Positions 32,418-44,645 of a stretch of 64,000 nucleotides of DNA are shown here, in pieces. Position 1 is the first letter of the stretch; every line of letters starts with the position of its first letter. Under the pieces are notes generated by a model, which saw nothing but the letters and a program-made list of their open reading frames with translations, was not told where the DNA came from and ran no database searches. The DNA is from Scyliorhinus canicula (taxonomy: Eukaryota). Location of the stretch: positions 61,158,146 through 61,222,145 of the forward strand of contig NC_052157.1 of assembly GCF_902713615.1 (NCBI RefSeq), given 5' to 3'. The translations under genes were made by a program, and so were the position numbers.

Positions 32418-34260
32418 CGTGTCGCGTCTTTTCGTCCGACGTCACTTCGTCCAACGACACTTCTTCCACGTCTTTTGGTCCAATGTCTTTTTGTCCGCAC
32501 GTCTTTTGGTCCAACGTCTTTTTGTCCAATTATCCAATTACAAATAAACTCCGTATAAAACCATTTAATTGATAAAATGCAAGTACAATACAGCAAGTAA
32601 ATTTAAAAGTTTACTATGAGAATTTAATTGCTAAAATGCAAGTAATTGATAAAATGCAAGTAAAATACAGCAAAAGTTGAAAAATGCAGTTAAAAAATCT
32701 AAAAATGCAGTTAAAAAATCTAAAAGTTTACTAATTACTTAAAATTCCCGAAATATATCACATCACTTAGAGAATACAGTTGGAAAATGTATTCAAAAAT
32801 TCTTAAAGTTACTTAAAATTGATGTAAATTGTATGCAACATTCCTCAAGAAATCAATTTTTGTTGTAGAATCATATTCAACGACCAATCTTTTGAGGCGT
32901 TCAGTTATTTTCTTATATCGCGTACATGAAGTCGACTGATCTCCCCAAAGAATTTGAGCCTTTTTGCCTATTATGAACCCTTCCTCTTCCTTCAGAGTTT
33001 TGATTAACCTCCAGATATTCAAATGAGCTCCACCCGCCGAACGCTTTATCGCAGAATGAAACCCCTCAGCAGCATTATTTGTTCTCGGTAGATCTTGTAG
33101 AACACGCTGATTAACATTCCTTACAGCTGTCGGGAATGTAGGTGTTTCTCTCCTTCGTCTGGTAATTTTTCGAAACACAGATTGGCTCAAATGAAACAAA
33201 CATGCCACGACAGATGAATTGAGGAATGATGAATTAATTGCCTTGTGAACTGCAACTTCGAAATCTGCCATGATATCAATCGGATCTGCATTAGGTTGCA
33301 TAATGATGACGATATGATGCTAAATCCTGAAGAGGACTTTCTGATGCGAATACTAGTAAGCGCTGTTGATCCTCGGCGCCCGAATCGTATCTCAGAAACT
33401 GTTCGCCATTGTCAAGTTTACAATATTTGTCAGGTATTTCAAAACCGTGTCTAGCCGCTGGATTAGCGGGAAATCCAGAATTTTTTTGTCGGCACCTTTG
33501 AATAGTCCTTGAGACGACGGGCAACTTAGGGAGTTGAGAGCAGGTATTTTCTGATAGCTGCGTAAACTTGGCCGCTAGTATGCTACGCGAACTTGCTGCT
33601 ATATTTTCCACTGCTTCATGCTTTATTTCTGCAACTGCTTTTCTAGCATTTAACGAATCAACATCAGCTGGATGAAGGTGCTCATTAGAAAAATAAATAA
33701 TTTTCGGCTCATTGCTTTCCGTTACCGTGTGAATCCGCACTGAACACAGCCTTCTTTTCTCACATCTCCAGTATTCTTTTCCTAGGTTTGGACTGCTCGA
33801 ATGAAAATCGTAGATGTAGTTACTTTCATCAGCTACCTTCCTTTTGCTCTTCGTTGACACAATCAACTTTGTCATCTCGAGATGGGCGAATTAAGAAAGA
33901 GAACGATAATATCTATCCTTTAACGAGGCTCGTTAAAGGAAAGAGAACGATAATAACTATCCTTTAACGAGGCTCGTTAAAGGAAAGAGACCGGTAATAA
34001 AAATCCTTTATTACATATTATACCTTGCTATGTGCATTAGAGAAGATTTCTATTTACAAAAAGTCAAGTTACAAAAAGTCTTTGACAAAAAAAATCATCC
34101 GACAAAAAAACGTGACAAGTCACAAAAAGTCTTAGACGAAAAAAATCATCGGACAAAACGACGTAGGACCAAAAGACGTGTGGACAAAAAGACGTTGGAC
34201 CAAAAGACGTGGACGAAGTGTCGTTGGACAAAATGACGTCGGACGAAAAGACATAGCGCC
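32418..34260 (-). mobile_element. Mutator-like (MULE) DNA transposon with FLYWCH-type zinc finger, internally deleted
   Basis: 9-bp TSD ATGCTTAGT at 32409-32417 and 34261-34269. Subterminal inverted GTCTTTTCGTCCGACGTCA plus motif arrays. ORFs 33875-33291 (YWRC..C..HLH, FLRYDSG) and 33301-32813 (ADFE, CLFH, TNNAAEGFH). Confidence 0.92.
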
Positions 34261-35816
34261 ATGCTTAGTAATGATGCCCACCCGGAATGGGGATTTGAGG
34301 CACTCGGTGTCAGAATCTGGTGGGCTGTCGGGGTCGGAGTCTGGCACGGCTTGCTGTATCAAACGGACGCTTCTACGCCGTGTCTGGGATCGGGCAGTGG
34401 AGCAGATCTGCAAAGGGCTGCGTAGTGGCCAAGCTTACCATACTGTAGATAGCTTCGTGATTTTGCCGGACATTGCCGCTTTAAATGGGCAGAGCCACAA
34501 TTCGGACACGTCATGACGCCAACGTCACCGCGTTTCGTGCACCAAAGCGCATGCACAGTGCGGTCGAATGACGTACGCATCTGCGCAGGCTGGTCGTCAG
34601 ACTTTCCGTCCCCTCGGTCGTGGCGCGCATGCGCTGGAGCCCGGGAAAAGCGTGTAAAATGGCCAGTCATCAAGACTCAGGCCCTGCATTTGTGTGATGG
34701 CCTGCACCCGTTCTGCCTTGTAGGGTTTAGCTTTGCCGTTTCTGCCGCCCTGATGTGGGAGTACCAGTTGTTCGCATGCTTGTGGAGAACACATGTTTCG
34801 ATGGTGAGGGTGAGCTGATTGACTTTCAGGAGCTGCTGGCGAAAGGAATCGGAGTGGACCCCGAAAACGATTTGATCCTGGATCATGGAGTCGGTTGTGG
34901 AGTCATAGTTACATGACTGCGCGAGATGCGGAGATGGGTCAAAAAGGACTGAAAAGGTTCATCCTTACCCTGAAGCATCTGCTGGAAAACATACCGTTCA
35001 AAGCTCTCATTCACCTCAATGTCGCAGTGGCTGTCGAACTTCAGCAGGACTGTTTTAAATTTCGTCTTGTCTTCGCCTTCAGCGAATGTAAGGGAGTTGT
35101 AGATGTGGATAGAGTGGTCCCCGGCTGTGGAGAGGAATAGTGCGATCTTCCTGGCATCCGATGCGGCCTCGAAGTCGGTGGCTTCTACATAGAGTTGGAG
35201 CTTCTGTTTGAAAATCTTCCAGTTAGCACTGAGGTTGCCGGCGATGCGGAGCTGCGGAGGAGGGCGGACGCTGTCCATGTTACCGGATGGCTGATTGCTG
35301 GTCAACGCTGATTACCTCAAGGTGAGTCCGTCAATTTGCAGCATCCAGACCTGGTACCATGATGTGTTGGGTAGGCTGAGTCTATGTGGACTGCGTTTGA
35401 AACAGTGTAGCGAGAGACAGACTTTCAACACTTGATGAGATGCAATACGATTTTATTTAACATCTAACTATATTACATGCTTAACTGTGGGTTGACATTA
35501 TGCTGACCTGACTGGAGACCTGAGGCTAGCCTGACCAGACTAACTGACTACCACATGGTGTTTGCACTGGCTAGTGCTCACGAGCTCTGGCTGTCTCAGA
35601 GGCTGGATCCCGAGAGAGCGGGAAAACTGGTGCCCTCTGGCTTTATAGTGGTTGTGTCCTGTCAGGTGATTGGCTGCTGTGTTCTGTGTGCTCACTGGTC
35701 ACCCTGTGTGAGAATCATTGCCTGTCTGCCCTCCATCATATACATGGATGTATATTATGACACCTTCCATCATAAGGTCAGAAGTGGGGATGTTTGCAGG
35801 TGACTGCACAAATAAT

Positions 35817-36120
35817 GGGCGGCACAGTGGTTAGCATTTTTGCTTCATAGCGCCAGGGACCCAGGTTTGATTCCAGGCTTGGGTCACTGTGCTCAGTCTG
35901 CACGTTCTTCCCGTGTCTGCGTGGGTTTCGTCCGAGTGCTCTGGTTTCCTTTCACAAAGTCCCAAAAGACGTGCTTGTTAGGTGAATTGGACATTCTGAA
36001 TTCTCCCTCAGTGTATCCGAAGAGGCACCGGAATGTGGCGACTGGGGGCTTCTCACAGTAACCTTATTTTAGTGTTAATGTAAGCCTACTTGTGACACGA
36101 ATAAAGATTATTAATATTAT
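35817..36120 (+). mobile_element. V-SINE, second family
   Basis: GGGCGGCACAGTGG head, V-domain and AT-rich tail. Confidence 0.85.
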
Positions 36121-36537
36121 GAAGCAATCCACCTCCCTGACTTGGAAATATATCGGCCGTTCCCTCACCGTCGCTGGTTCAAAATCTTGGAACGCCACCC
36201 AAACAGCACTGTGAGTACCTACACCACAGGGACTGCAGCGGTTCAAGAAGGCAGCTCACTACCACCTCCTGAAGGGCAACTAGGGATGGGCAATAAGCGC
36301 TGCCCACACCACATAAATGAATATTTTGAAAAATGTTCCCTGATTACAGTGCAGCCTGTTCTACATTGGGGAAATTTTAATGGGCGACCACTTTGTGGAA
36401 CAACTCCATTCAGTCCACAAGCCTGACCTCCAGATTCCCATCACCTGTCATTTTAATTCTCCACCTTCTTCTCACTCTGACATCTTTGTCTTTAGCCTCC
36501 TGTTTCAATGAAGCTGAATGTCAGCTTGAGGAAGAGA

Positions 36538-37210
36538 GGGTGGGATTCTCCCCCACCCGGTGGCACAGGGGGTCCCGGTGCCGAGGAGTGGCGTGTACCA
36601 CTCCGGCGTCGGGCCGGCCCAAAGGTGCGGAATCCTCCCCACCTTCAGAGGTTAGGCCGGCACCGGAGTGGTTTGCGCCTCGCCGGCCGGCGGGGAGGAG
36701 ACTTGGCGCCACATCAACCGCCGCCAAAGGGCTTCCGCCAGCTTCCGCGAGTTGGCGCATGCGCGGGAGCGTCAGCATGTGCTGACGTCACCCAGCGCAT
36801 GCGCAGGGGGGGAATCCACACCAGCGGAGGAATAGAGTTCCCCCACGACACAGGCCCGCATGCGGATTGGTTGGCCCCGATCGAAGTCCAGGCCACCATG
36901 GGGGCAACTCCTCGGTTCAGATCCCCCCGCTACCCCCCCCAACCGAGAACCCCGGAGGCCGTCCGCTCCGCCAGGTCCCGCCGGAAAGGGCCTACTCTAA
37001 TTCACGCCGGCAGGACCGGCAACAAAATGAGCAGCCACTTGGCCCATCGCGGACTGGGGAATTGCCGGGGGAAGGGCCGCCGACCGACGCGGCACGATTC
37101 CCACCTCTGCCAAATCTCCGGTGCCGGAGAATTCGGCAGCCGTTGGGGGCGGGATTCACGCTGCCCCCCGCTGATTCTCGAACCCGGCGAGGGGTCGGAG
37201 AATCTCACCC
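36538..37210. mobile_element. GC-rich MITE (PIF/Harbinger type)
   Basis: TIRs GGGTGGGATTCTCC and GGAGAATCTCACCC, 3-bp TSD AGA. Confidence 0.8.
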
Positions 37211-37240
37211 AGAACCTCTCATCTTTTGATCAGGCACTTT

Positions 37241-37959
37241 GGGCGGAATTCTCCGACTCCCCGGCAGGTCGGAGATTTGCCAGGGGGCAGCATGAATCCC
37301 ACCCCCGCCGGCTGCCGAATTCTCTGGCACCGGAGATTTGGTGGGGGCGGAAATCACGTCGTGCCGGTCGGCGGCCGCTGGCAGCGCCCCCCCCCCCCCC
37401 CCCCCCCCCAGTGATTCTCTGGCCACTGCTGGGCCGAGTGGCCGCCCGTCTTTTTGCCGGTCCCGCTGACTTAAATTAGAGTAGGTCCTTATCAGCGGGA
37501 CCTGGCGGCGCGGGGGTCCTCGGGGGGGCCGCAGGGGTATCTGGCCCCGGGAGGTGCCCCCAGGGTGGCCTCGCCCGCGATCGGATCCCACCGATCCGCG
37601 GGTGGGCCTGTGCCGTGGGGGAACTCTATTCCTCCGCGTCGGCTGCTATTTCACCGCGAGGGCTGACACGGAGATAAACCCTCCCCCGCCCGTGCATGCA
37701 CTGGGATAACGCCAGCACATGCCGGCGCTCCCGCACATGCGCCAACTCACGCCGGCCGGTGGAGGCCCTTCGGCGCCGGTTGGCGTGGCGCCAAGCCCCT
37801 TCCCTGCTGGCTGGCGCGGCGCAAACCACTCCGGGGCCGGCCTAGCCCCTAAAGGTGCAGAGGATTCCGCACCTTTGGAGCGGCCCGACGCCAGAGTGCT
37901 TCACGCCACTCCTCAGCGCCGGGACCCCCCGCCCCGCCGGGTAGGGGAGAATCTCGCCC
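37241..37959. mobile_element. GC-rich MITE (PIF/Harbinger type)
   Basis: TIRs GGGCGGAATTCTCC and GGAGAATCTCGCCC, flanks TTT and TCT. Confidence 0.75.
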
Positions 37960-38790
37960 TCTTTCTAGATTCTACATTGTGTTCAAGAATTTTACTTTGC
38001 ATGTTTTGAATTCATTGTGTATCATTTCTTATGTTGCTTGGTGTCATAAAGATGAACAGTTGCTGCCATTCACACCTCCTCTCGACACATCTTTTGTTTC
38101 TTTACCTGCCCCATTTCCACTCCCTTTCCTTTCACCTCTCCTGTCCTCCAGCCTAATACAGATCTTCCTTACTGTTCTTTTCCTCACACAGCCCCTTTTA
38201 TTTGGTGCAAACCAATTACATTTGTAACTTTTCTGTTTTGATGAAAGGTAATTGATGTGAAACATTAACTGTTTCTCCACAGCTGCTGCCTGATTTGCTG
38301 AGTATCTTCACCATTCCCATTCCTAAAATGGTGGCAATCATAAGTTAAAAATAAATGACTGCGGATGCTGAAATCTGAAGCAAAAACAGAAAACGATGGA
38401 CAATCACAGCAGGTCTGACAGCACCTGTGGAGAGAGAAGGAGCTAATATTTTGAATCTAGATGACTCTTTGTCAGCTCCCTTCTCTCACCACAGATACTG
38501 TCAGACCTGCTGTGATTGCCCGGCATTTTCGGTTTTTGTGCCTAAAACAGCAGCTCCTTTTCGCCCATCTCCCGTTCCCCGAAGTCTTACAGCACCAGGT
38601 TAAAGTTCAACAGGTTTGTTTCACATCACTAGCTTTCGGAGCACCGCTCCTTCCTCAGGTGAATCTGAGAAGCTGTGCTCTGAAAGATAGTGATTTGAAA
38701 CAAACCTGTTGGACTTTAACCTGGTGCTGTAAGACTTCTTACTGTGCTCACCCCGGTCCAACGCCGGCATCCCCACATCTTCCTGCCTTG
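37960..38790. mobile_element. Cluster of Penelope pLTR fragments in both orientations
   Basis: Similar to 13397-13535 and 21350-21440. Head-to-head inverted pair centred near 38665. Degenerate hammerhead-like motifs near 38230-38275 and 38439-38479. Confidence 0.75.
38626..38662 (-). ncRNA. Canonical minimal type I hammerhead ribozyme motif
   Basis: Minus strand reads TCAC-CTGAGGA-A-GGAGC-GGT-GCTCC-GAAA-GCTA-GTGA. All core nucleotides and stems are intact. Confidence 0.82.
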
Positions 38791-39144
38791 TCACTGGATG
38801 ATCAGACAGCCAATAAGCAGCCACCCACGTGGCTTGAACAGCCATGCTCACCCACTAATTAACAGCGAGACACAGTCCCGCAAAGCATTGATTGGTGGAG
38901 CCTCAGCTTGCGCCCTCTTTCCCTAACGACTCTTTCCCGGACGCTTGATCCTGAGCTCGGGTTGAACTCGAGCTTGACCGGTTGGAAGGAAAAAGTTGGC
39001 GTGCGCTGAGGGCCCATGATTGGTCAGCAGACTCTAGATCTGCCACTGGCATGAGCAGAAACGGTTGGAGGAAAAAACGGTTAACCAATTTGAAGCTGGT
39101 TCGGCAGGTGAAAGGTCAACTTCAGAAAATTCAGTTTATCAGGC

Positions 39145-40010
39145 TGTTGTAGCCACCGGGATGGTCACTTCCAGAATACAAAATGGATGTTTGCAAAGAC
39201 TATAGGGAACAATGGACAATGCTAAGAAAGCAGGCAGGCACAGAGCCTGTATGCGTATTGGAACCTCAACCCCCAGACGAGACTGAAACTGTAAGGCAAT
39301 TAGCATATTGATGGCCCATCCCCGGGAACAAAGGAATGGCATTCAAGTAACCGATACAATTGCAGACATCCCGGTGCCAGGAAGACACAAACAAAGCAAG
39401 GCCAATGGCCACCAAAGACACCCCCCGCCATCAGGGCACCCACCCCTTTATTGGTCGAGATCGATTCCGATGATCAAGATACAGCCCAATTAATGGGGCC
39501 AAATTCAAGGCCCGCCCAAAAGTGCGCGAAGCCCCTTTGGGTATAAGAAGAAGCCCCTGAGAGAGAATCACTCTCTTGGACTCGGCTCTTGAAGCTGAGA
39601 GACCCGTCCACCAGCTGCACCAGAAGCAAGTAAGCCCAAGGTCAACGCTCGCCATCAGACGGACGACCTTAGCTGTTCTCCTGTTACCTCTTCATACCCA
39701 ACAGCCTCATATCCGAACAACGGCCATTGTTCCTCTGACTGAGTGGGCACCCGAAGTTAAGTATAGGCATTAGCGTTAGAGATAGGTTAGTTTATGGTAT
39801 TTTGTGCATGAGTAGATATTACTGTGTGTGTAAATAAATAGTATTGGCTTTGAACTAACTAACTGGTGTATTGGTTCTTTGATCAGTATTTGGGTTTGAA
39901 CCTTGTGGCGATATCGAAAGATACCTGGCGTCTCTAGAGCAAACATAATTAGGATTAAGGAAGGCGACCATATTGACCGCTGTATTTAGAACCAGATACA
40001 CAGAGCAACA
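39145..40010 (+). mobile_element. Probable long solo LTR (ERV or Gypsy type)
   Basis: TGT...ACA ends, CCAAT boxes, TATAAGA at about 39543, internal donor AAG|TAAG-like site, AATAAA at about 39833. TSD not evident. Confidence 0.6.
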
Positions 40011-40050
40011 GTGCAAATCACATGAAGGAAGCACAAAGAAGGAATCAGAA

Positions 40051-40377
40051 AATAGAATCCCTGCAGTGCAGAGGGAAGCCATTTGGCCCATCAAGTCTGC
40101 ACTGGCCCTTGGAAAGAGCACCCTACTTTTGTCCGTGCTTCCACCCTGTCCCCATAACCTGGTAAACCACCTCCCTTTTAGGACACTGAGGAACAATTTA
40201 GCATGGCCAATCCACCTAACCTACACATCTTTGGACTGTGGGAGGAAACCGGAGCACCCGGAGGAAACCCACACAGATACAGGGACACTATGCCCCACAT
40301 AGACAGTCACCCGAGGCTGGAATTGAACATTGGAACTGTGAGGCAGCAGTGCTAGCCACTGTGCCACTGTGCTGCCC
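40051..40377 (-). mobile_element. HE1-like V-SINE
   Basis: Head, V-domain and tail. Confidence 0.87.
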
Positions 40378-41149
40378 ATTGTTGAGGTGAAAATGTTTAA
40401 TGACCTTGGGTAAGCAGCTGTATTTATTCGAAAGGAGTTTTTAAATATAAGGAATTGATTTATTGTCTGGGATTCAAGCTTTCTGGAGGAGAGTGACAGG
40501 ACAAGGAGGAGAACAAGGCTCATTTCTCTTCTGTTCCCAGTCCCACATTCTTCAATAAAACCTCCCAAACAAACAACCTCCAACCTCCCCTAGAAGAACA
40601 AGGGCAGCAGGAACATGGGGACACCATCACCTCAAATTTCCGTCCGAGTCTCACAGACACTGTCCCGACGTAGAGATATATCGGTCGTTGCTTCAACGTC
40701 ACTAGATCAAAATCCTGGACCTCCCTCACTAACTGCACTGTGGGAGGACCTTCACCACACGAGACTGAAACGGTGCAAGAAGAGGACTCATCACCACCTT
40801 AGGCACTGAAACAAGATGAACAGCAACTAAATGGAGTGATCAATGTGTCCTGGGCACTGAAGTAAACTCGATCACAGCAATGACCTAGTTTACCCTGAAG
40901 TGTTGATGCCAACACAAGGAGACATCTCCAACAAACAGTTCAATATATCTCTGAATTTTCAGTTTTCTTCCCATCACTTCAAGATGGTTCCACATTAAAG
41001 AACGATCAGCATTTATTTAGCAATACACAATTTACGCAAAGCAATAGCCCACAGGTTTCAATTAAATAAATGCCTGGAAATCTGTCTTGGATGTTATTTA
41101 TAGGCTAAATATGGAAAAATACACCAGGAAGAACTCACAAACATGAGCA

Positions 41150-41715
41150 GGATTGGAGAATCGCACGGGGCCGGCGAAAATCCCGCCCCCACCGTGGCAG
41201 AAATTCTCCGCCGCCCGGGAATTGGCGGGGGCGGGAATCACGCCCCGTCGATCGCCGTGCCCTCCGCACCAATCGGCGAGCCCCCTGCGGCGATTCTCCG
41301 GCCCGCGATGGGCCGAAGTCCTGCCGCTGAGAGGCCTCTCCCGCCGCCGTGGTTTCAACCACCTCTGGTGGCGGCGGGACTGGCAGCGCGAGCGGGCCCC
41401 CGGGGGGGGACGGGACGCGGGGCGATCGGACTCTGGGGGGTGCCCCCACGGTGGCCTAGCCCGTTTATCGGGGCCCACCGATCGGCGGGCGGGCCAGTGC
41501 AGTGGGGGCACTCTTTTTCTTCCGCCGCCGCCACGGCCTCCACCATGGCAGAGGCGGAAGAGAATCCCCCAGTGCGCATGCGCCTGTGGTGACATCAGCG
41601 CCAGCTGACGTACCGGCGCATGTGCGAACCGGCGAAGGCCTTTTGGCCAGCTCCGGTGCCGGTCGGCGGGTGTCAAAGGCCGCTGGGGCGGTTTTGGCGC
41701 CAACCACTCTGACCT
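41150..41715. mobile_element. GC-rich MITE fragment (Harbinger-type family)
   Basis: Shares GCGCATGCGC, GATTCTCCG and GGGGCCCACCGATCG blocks with 36538-37959. Confidence 0.6.
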
Positions 41716-43384
41716 CACAGTACCTCACAGTAATTAACGGATTCCTACTGAAAGGAGATAGGATAGTTCCTTCATGCCTCTGACAAGGAATCTTGGAACA
41801 GATAGTCGAGGGTCACCAACGTATTGAAAAATGTCGTAGACAAGCAAGACACTCTGTACTGGCATGGAATCAACAAGGATGTGAACAATCATGTGCAGGA
41901 ATGCAGCATTTGTCAGATGCATCAATCTGCACAATGCAAACAAATCTTCGAAGACAATGAACTCATCACCAATCCTTGGATCAAAGTTGGTATGGATCTA
42001 TTCTACTTTACATGTCATGACTATCTGGTCATAATTAACTACCATTCCAACTATCCCGAGGTGATCAGGCTGAATGATTCAATGACGAGATCTGTAATAC
42101 AAGCAGCAAAATCTGTTTTTGCTTGCCATGGAATTCCATGATGCATTGTCTCTGACAATGGTCCTTGCTTCACCAGCTGGGGGTGGACACCATTTGCAGA
42201 ACGATATAATTTTAATCACATCACATCAAGCCCATTGTATCCCCAATCTAATGGCAAAGCAGAGAAAAGCTTAGGAATAGTCAAAGAACAATTCAGTAAA
42301 GAACTTAATGACAACAAAGACATATCTGTGGCACTGTTGACATACAGAGCTACCCCATTGCCATCAGGTTTGTCACCTGACCAGATATTGATGGGAAGAA
42401 TAACTCGCACCACGTTACCAGAAATCACGGTTCAAAATATGGATTATGAAGAAATACGTAACAGCCTAAGGTTACAAAAACAAAAAGATTACTACAAGCA
42501 CAGAAAATCTTTATCAAAGTTAAAATAATGGGACTTTGTTCGTATACAAAATCCTGATGGTGGATGGCAACATCTAGCTAAAGTTTGAAGACACGTTGCA
42601 CCCTGATCATATTTGATTTAGATTGAACAAGGTTCAATGTTTAGAAGAAATAGAAGAACATTACTGCAAATAAAAAAAACATGTTCCATCTCAAACTCAG
42701 AACATCATAGCTCAGGATGCCATCTTCAAAGACATTGACTTTCCTAATTCTTCAGTATCACCAATGCATCAAGACAATTTGGAAGATAAATTGCATACTT
42801 TGACGAAATCACTGTAAAGATCAACGAGAACGAAGAAACCACCAAACAGATTAAATTTGTAGTGACTAATAACTATTCATCTTTCATCACCAATGTGACT
42901 TAACATTTATTTTTGCAACTGAATGTAAACAAAACAAGTTAATGATTCATGCTCACTATTACAATGTTTAAAGAAAAATGTTACAAAGTTTATAACTTTT
43001 TTTCAAAGAAAGGGGGAAGCGGCATTTTATCATAAATGTAAAGAACTGCAAGGATTGATGTAATGGCCACATCAACCAATAGAGGGAGCTAGATGTACAA
43101 CTATATAAGGCATGAATGCTAAGCCCTGTGGGTGATAGGTTTAGGAGAAAGCTAGAGGACTGAAGGAAAGTAGTGTAAGTGAGAGCAGATCATAGTTAAT
43201 GCAATAGTAGTAGATGAGTGCAGAATATATGTTTATTTTCAACTGTATATTATAGAGGAGTAAGTGTTGAATCCACTTAAGTAGTATTAATAAATCTATA
43301 GCTTTGTTTAATTTAAAAGCTATTTGACGTCTTTGTGAACACTACACCAACGATCCTAACATTAGCAACACAAAGAACACCACT
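41716..43384 (+). mobile_element. Mag-like Gypsy 3' remnant: integrase, PPT and LTR
   Basis: HQGIEKC-like, VGMDLF and QSNGKAEK motifs. PPT AAAGAAAGGGGGAA. LTR of about 43019-43384 is related to 9293-9577. Confidence 0.85.
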
Positions 43385-44645
43385 CTTCACATCCTACTTT
43401 CCTATCCATCTTTGTTGCCATCATCAAATTTGCCAACCATCCCTTCAGTCACTTACAGAATTATTTAGACTGAAGGAACAGGAGGAGGCCATTCAGCCCC
43501 TCGAGCCCGTTCCATGATTCAACGAAATCATGGCTGATCTGTGCCATGACCCCTTTGCCCCATATTCATGATGAGGAATGAGCAGTGCTCCGAAAGCTAC
43601 TGTTTGAAACAAACCTGTTGGACTTTAACCTGGTGTTGTAAGACTTCTTACTATGCTTATGGAAGACCTTGGGATTTCCTTTCAAGTTAACTACCAGTTT
43701 CTTTTCATGCTCTCTCCTTGCTTTTCTTATTATTTTTTTCACCTCCACTATGGCTCTCCTATATTCAACCTGATTCTTCATTGTATTTCTACCTTTGATT
43801 GAGTATTGATTTATTGATTTATTCATAGTTTTACTTGCTAATTGAATGCATGTAGCAGAGAGGTAAAAATTATTAAAAGTGTCTTGATTGTGGGAATCCA
43901 GACATTATTTTAGGCAATGTTTCACATGATTAATCACCCATTGTATTCTGGTGTATTCAGCAATGAGAATGTATTAACTAATCAGTTACAGCAAGGTCTC
44001 TGGGCCGAGCTGTAGCTCGAGAAATATATCCAGTAATTTTCCTCAGACTGCGCACGCAGAATCTGAGCTAGTCTTCATAGGCACCAGTCAATCTTAAGTA
44101 ATGTCCAATGTTTGATTAATGAATCATCCTTTAAGTAACAGACATCTATTTGAACAAACCAGGAGGTCACAACTGAGAAGTAGAAACCAGTGAGAGTAAT
44201 GAGGGATTGATTAAACAAGAGATAAGAATTCACTTAAAAGTAGGACCTCTTGATCGAGGTCTTGTTCCTGAATTCCTGCATTCTTGAATTCTTGAATCAT
44301 CTATTTGTTTGTTTGTATTTAAATCGGAATGCAAATGCACCCATATTCATTGACACGGTTTGAACTTGTCCGTTCAGTCTTGCTGGACTATCAAACAATA
44401 TCATTTACAATCAGAAAGGAGACAAGGATGTTTGCAAAAGTGAGGGAAGAGGATGTACAAATTGAACGTCATAGAGAATCATCTTGGAGAGATCACTGCA
44501 AAGGCATTCAATCAGATTATATCAAGAGGTTTAAAGATATTTCTTCGGAGTGCGTTCCTGTATATTTCAGGAAGATAAATTCGATTTTGAATCATTTACA
44601 TTTTCTGTGTTCTCCACACATTGACTGTGTCTCATTCTTGCTCAG

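Larger units (their letters stand above)
25478..35762 (-). mobile_element. Full-length, defective Mag-like Gypsy element with three nested insertions
   Basis: LTRs 35360-35762 and 25478-25879, TSD CCTTC. PBS TGGTACCAGG (tRNA-Leu-like) next to the 5' LTR, PPT AAAAAAAGGGGGGGTAGA. Gag MDSVRPPPQLRIAGN, protease KLDTGASAN, RT YGDD, RH KIATDASQDG, integrase GVDLF..QSNGKAE. Confidence 0.95.
25190..35812 (+). mobile_element. Old L2/CR1-type RT fragment, split by the Mag element (25190-25477 plus 35763-35812)
   Basis: Joined across TSD CCTTC it reads GSVLGQTTFSCFSNDLPSIIRSEVGMFAGDCT, a degenerate RT core. Confidence 0.8.

Noticed and set aside
36393-37829. Long Pro/Arg/Gly-rich ORFs (up to 323 aa), also at 41098-41783 and 59078-60230
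   Set aside because: They fall in GC-rich MITE or Harbinger non-coding sequence, are open in several overlapping frames and show no recognisable domains.
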